Assembly: GCA_021604525.1 (NCBI GenBank)
Contig: BQJD01000013.1
Location: forward strand, 11,055 to 75,054
Source of the DNA: a marine bacterium B5-7
Lineage (GTDB): Bacteria; Pseudomonadota; Gammaproteobacteria; Arenicellales; CAJQKF01
Length of the DNA: 64,000 nucleotides
Direction: 5' to 3'
Within the stretch, counting starts at the first letter, position 1, and every line of letters begins with the position of its first letter. A model generated the notes under the pieces. The model had not been told where the DNA came from. It did not search any database and saw only the letters and a program-made list of their open reading frames with translations. Below are positions 62,115-64,000 of the stretch, piece by piece. The translations under genes and the position numbers were made by a program.

Positions 62115-63656
62115 TTAGCCGGCGAAATAGCGAGCCAGGAAATCCTTGAACGGTTCTAACTGGGCTTCCTCGAGGGCGCGAGTTTGCGCTCGCGAGGCTT
62201 CAGCCTCATGAACCAGCTTTTGCTCGGTATCCGGGCTGAGCTTCTTCTCAAGGAAGTATTCCTGGTGATTGCCTGCGGTTCGCATGGCATATTCAAAATA
62301 TGCCTCGTTGTGGCTACTCATCTCTTCGATAATCCGAGCTGAGGGCGTGCTGTCAGGCTGATTGATCTTATCGCGTTCGCGGTGCACCACGTCGGCGTGG
62401 CCGCCACCAGCATGTCGATCCATCAGGTCGGCGACTTGCTCAATGCCGTCAAGTACGCGTAACGCTTCCTCTCGAAACGGACGTTCTGCACCACGAAGAA
62501 ACAGGCGAGTTTCATCGGCGCGGCCCTGGGTTACCGTCATATCACGATTATGTGCAATCTCGATTTCTTCATCGTGATTGATCGGCGGGCTTGGTTCGAG
62601 CAGGCAGTACACAAGAAAGGCATCCAAAAAACGAATCGTGTCGGCGTCGATGCCGATCGGCGTGAACGGATTCAGATCCATAATTCGCACTTCGATATAT
62701 TCCACACCGCGGGATGCAAGTGCGGTAGTTGGTTTTTCCATCGGGTTTATCGTGCGTTTCGGGCGTATAACCGAATAGAATTCGTTTTCGATTTGCAGGA
62801 TGTTGGTGTTGAGCTGCTGATATTCGTCATCGACGACAACACCAATTCTCTCGTAGGGCGGGTAGTTCTGTTCAGTCGCCGCACGCAGTGTTCGTACGTA
62901 GTCTTCAACCGAATTGGTACAAACATGAATGTCCGATTGGGCACTATTCTGGTAGCCAAGGCGGCTCATGCGTAAAGTTGTTCCATGGGGCAGATAGAGG
63001 CTGTTTTTGCCAAATGGCGTCAGGGTATGATCGCGTCCTTTGACGAAACTTCGACAGACCGCTGGAGCACTGCCGAACAGGTAAAGTACCAGCCAGCAGT
63101 GCCGATGAAAATTGCGAAGCAAATCAAAGTAACGAACCGAAGCGCTACCGCCATTATTGTCTGAGGAATTGAAAAAATGATCCGGCAAGGAGAAGTTATA
63201 GTGAATACCGGCAATGGTTTGCATTAATCGACCATAACGATTGCCAAGTCCCCGCCTGTAAACATGTTTCATGAATCCGGTATTGGAAGTGCCGAAATCA
63301 GCAATTGGAATACTGCTATCGCCTTGCAATATACAAGGCATGCTGTTAGTCCACAGAATCTCATCACCCAGATTATGGTAGGTGAAGATGTGCAGGTCGG
63401 CGAGAAACTCGAGCATTGAGTCAATGTCATCATGCACCGGCGTGATGAACTCAAGTAGTGCCTCGGAATAGTCAGTTGTGATTGAACTGTGACTTAAGGC
63501 AGAGCCAAGTGCATGCGGATGTGGCGTGGCGGCGATGACGCCGTCGAGACCGACTCGCAGACTTTCCTTCTCTAATCCCCGGCGAATCCCGCCAAGTGTT
63601 TCGGCGGCACCGCTGCGCTCAAGGTTGTTGATCGCTGTTTCAAGTTGATCTGTCAC
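62115..63656 (-). CDS. gshA: Glutamate-cysteine ligase
   Basis: RGLEKESLRV, TTDYSEALLEFIT, GIHYNFS, LQIENEFYSVIRPK, GVEYIEVR. Confidence 0.97.
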   Translation of the reverse strand: MTDQLETAINNLERSGAAETLGGIRRGLEKESLRVGLDGVIAATPHPHALGSALSHSSITTDYSEALLEFITPVHDDIDSMLEFLADLHIFTYHNLGDEILWTNSMPCILQGDSSIPIADFGTSNTGFMKHVYRRGLGNRYGRLMQTIAGIHYNFSLPDHFFNSSDNNGGSASVRYFDLLRNFHRHCWLVLYLFGSAPAVCRSFVKGRDHTLTPFGKNSLYLPHGTTLRMSRLGYQNSAQSDIHVCTNSVEDYVRTLRAATEQNYPPYERIGVVVDDEYQQLNTNILQIENEFYSVIRPKRTINPMEKPTTALASRGVEYIEVRIMDLNPFTPIGIDADTIRFLDAFLVYCLLEPSPPINHDEEIEIAHNRDMTVTQGRADETRLFLRGAERPFREEALRVLDGIEQVADLMDRHAGGGHADVVHRERDKINQPDSTPSARIIEEMSSHNEAYFEYAMRTAGNHQEYFLEKKLSPDTEQKLVHEAEASRAQTRALEEAQLEPFKDFLARYFAG

Positions 63657-63866
63657 GCATGGATCCTCAAATGCTCCCGTGATTGTTAAAACAGATCCGC
63701 CCGGTATGGGTGAGTCTGTGCGACGCGCATTGTATCCCGAGCGAGACGACTTGAGGGCAATGAATCTGTATTCATTTGACGTTGAGCGAACATGACAGTT
63801 GGTATCGGTAACGCTGATCGGCGAGAATGAATGGTCACAGATTCAAGGCTTAAGCAGGAGGCATCC

Positions 63867-64000
63867 ATGTGGTTCAGGAAAACGATGATTGTACCGACCA
63901 GCGGACGCAGTACAGTGAGCATCACTGAAGAGGTAGCCGCGCTGGTGCATCAGAGCGGGGTAGGCGCGGGGCTCTGCCATCTCTTCAATCAGCATACCAG
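63867..64000 (+). CDS. yjbQ: YjbQ/UPF0047 family protein, 5' part truncated by the window end
   Basis: Not in the ORF track; AGGAGG RBS then MWFRKTMIVPTSGRSTVSITEEVAALVHQSGVGAGLCHLFNQHT, matching the G.C.LF..HTS start of YjbQ. Confidence 0.8.
   Translation, partial: MWFRKTMIVPTSGRSTVSITEEVAALVHQSGVGAGLCHLFNQHT

Overview
A roughly 52% GC, gene-dense chromosomal segment, probably from a marine or sediment gammaproteobacterium. That origin is inferred from the gshA/coq7/uup/argE types plus DddP-like, DmdC-like and Bzt/Aap genes. I found no rRNA, tRNA, CRISPR array, integrase or transposase. The window opens with a two-partner secretion locus: TpsB (partial), a secreted FecR-domain protein, a ~2,060 aa TpsA adhesin with duplicated modules, Tyr-rich repeats and one C-terminal Cys, then a PAPS-dependent sulfotransferase. 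Folding and redox genes follow (FKBP PPIase, PCu(A)C, a Prx5-Grx hybrid with an OxyR-like box), then queC and a glycine-zipper lipoprotein. Next come an SLC13 permease with a SoxH-like metallo-beta-lactamase, a Cys-Cys-rich methyltransferase, ilvE, a DddP-like M24 enzyme, hmgL, coq7, a DmdC-like acyl-CoA dehydrogenase, csaA, amgK and an FAD oxidoreductase. The middle holds a tungsten AOR operon with LysE, an RND pump, a GcvT-family FAD oxidoreductase, sufE, aapJQMP and gcvTHP-lipA. The end holds a class 3 asparaginase, a DMT/N-formylglutamate amidohydrolase/YbdK ligase/hypothetical/formyltransferase cluster, a lower-GC S8 protease + beta-barrel islet, uup, argE, a hemerythrin, gshA and partial yjbQ. 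The best candidate for an undescribed system is the TpsB-FecR-TpsA-sulfotransferase locus. The formyl/glutamyl-ligase cluster and the S8/beta-barrel islet are the next candidates. All calls come from motif recognition by eye; no database searches were run.
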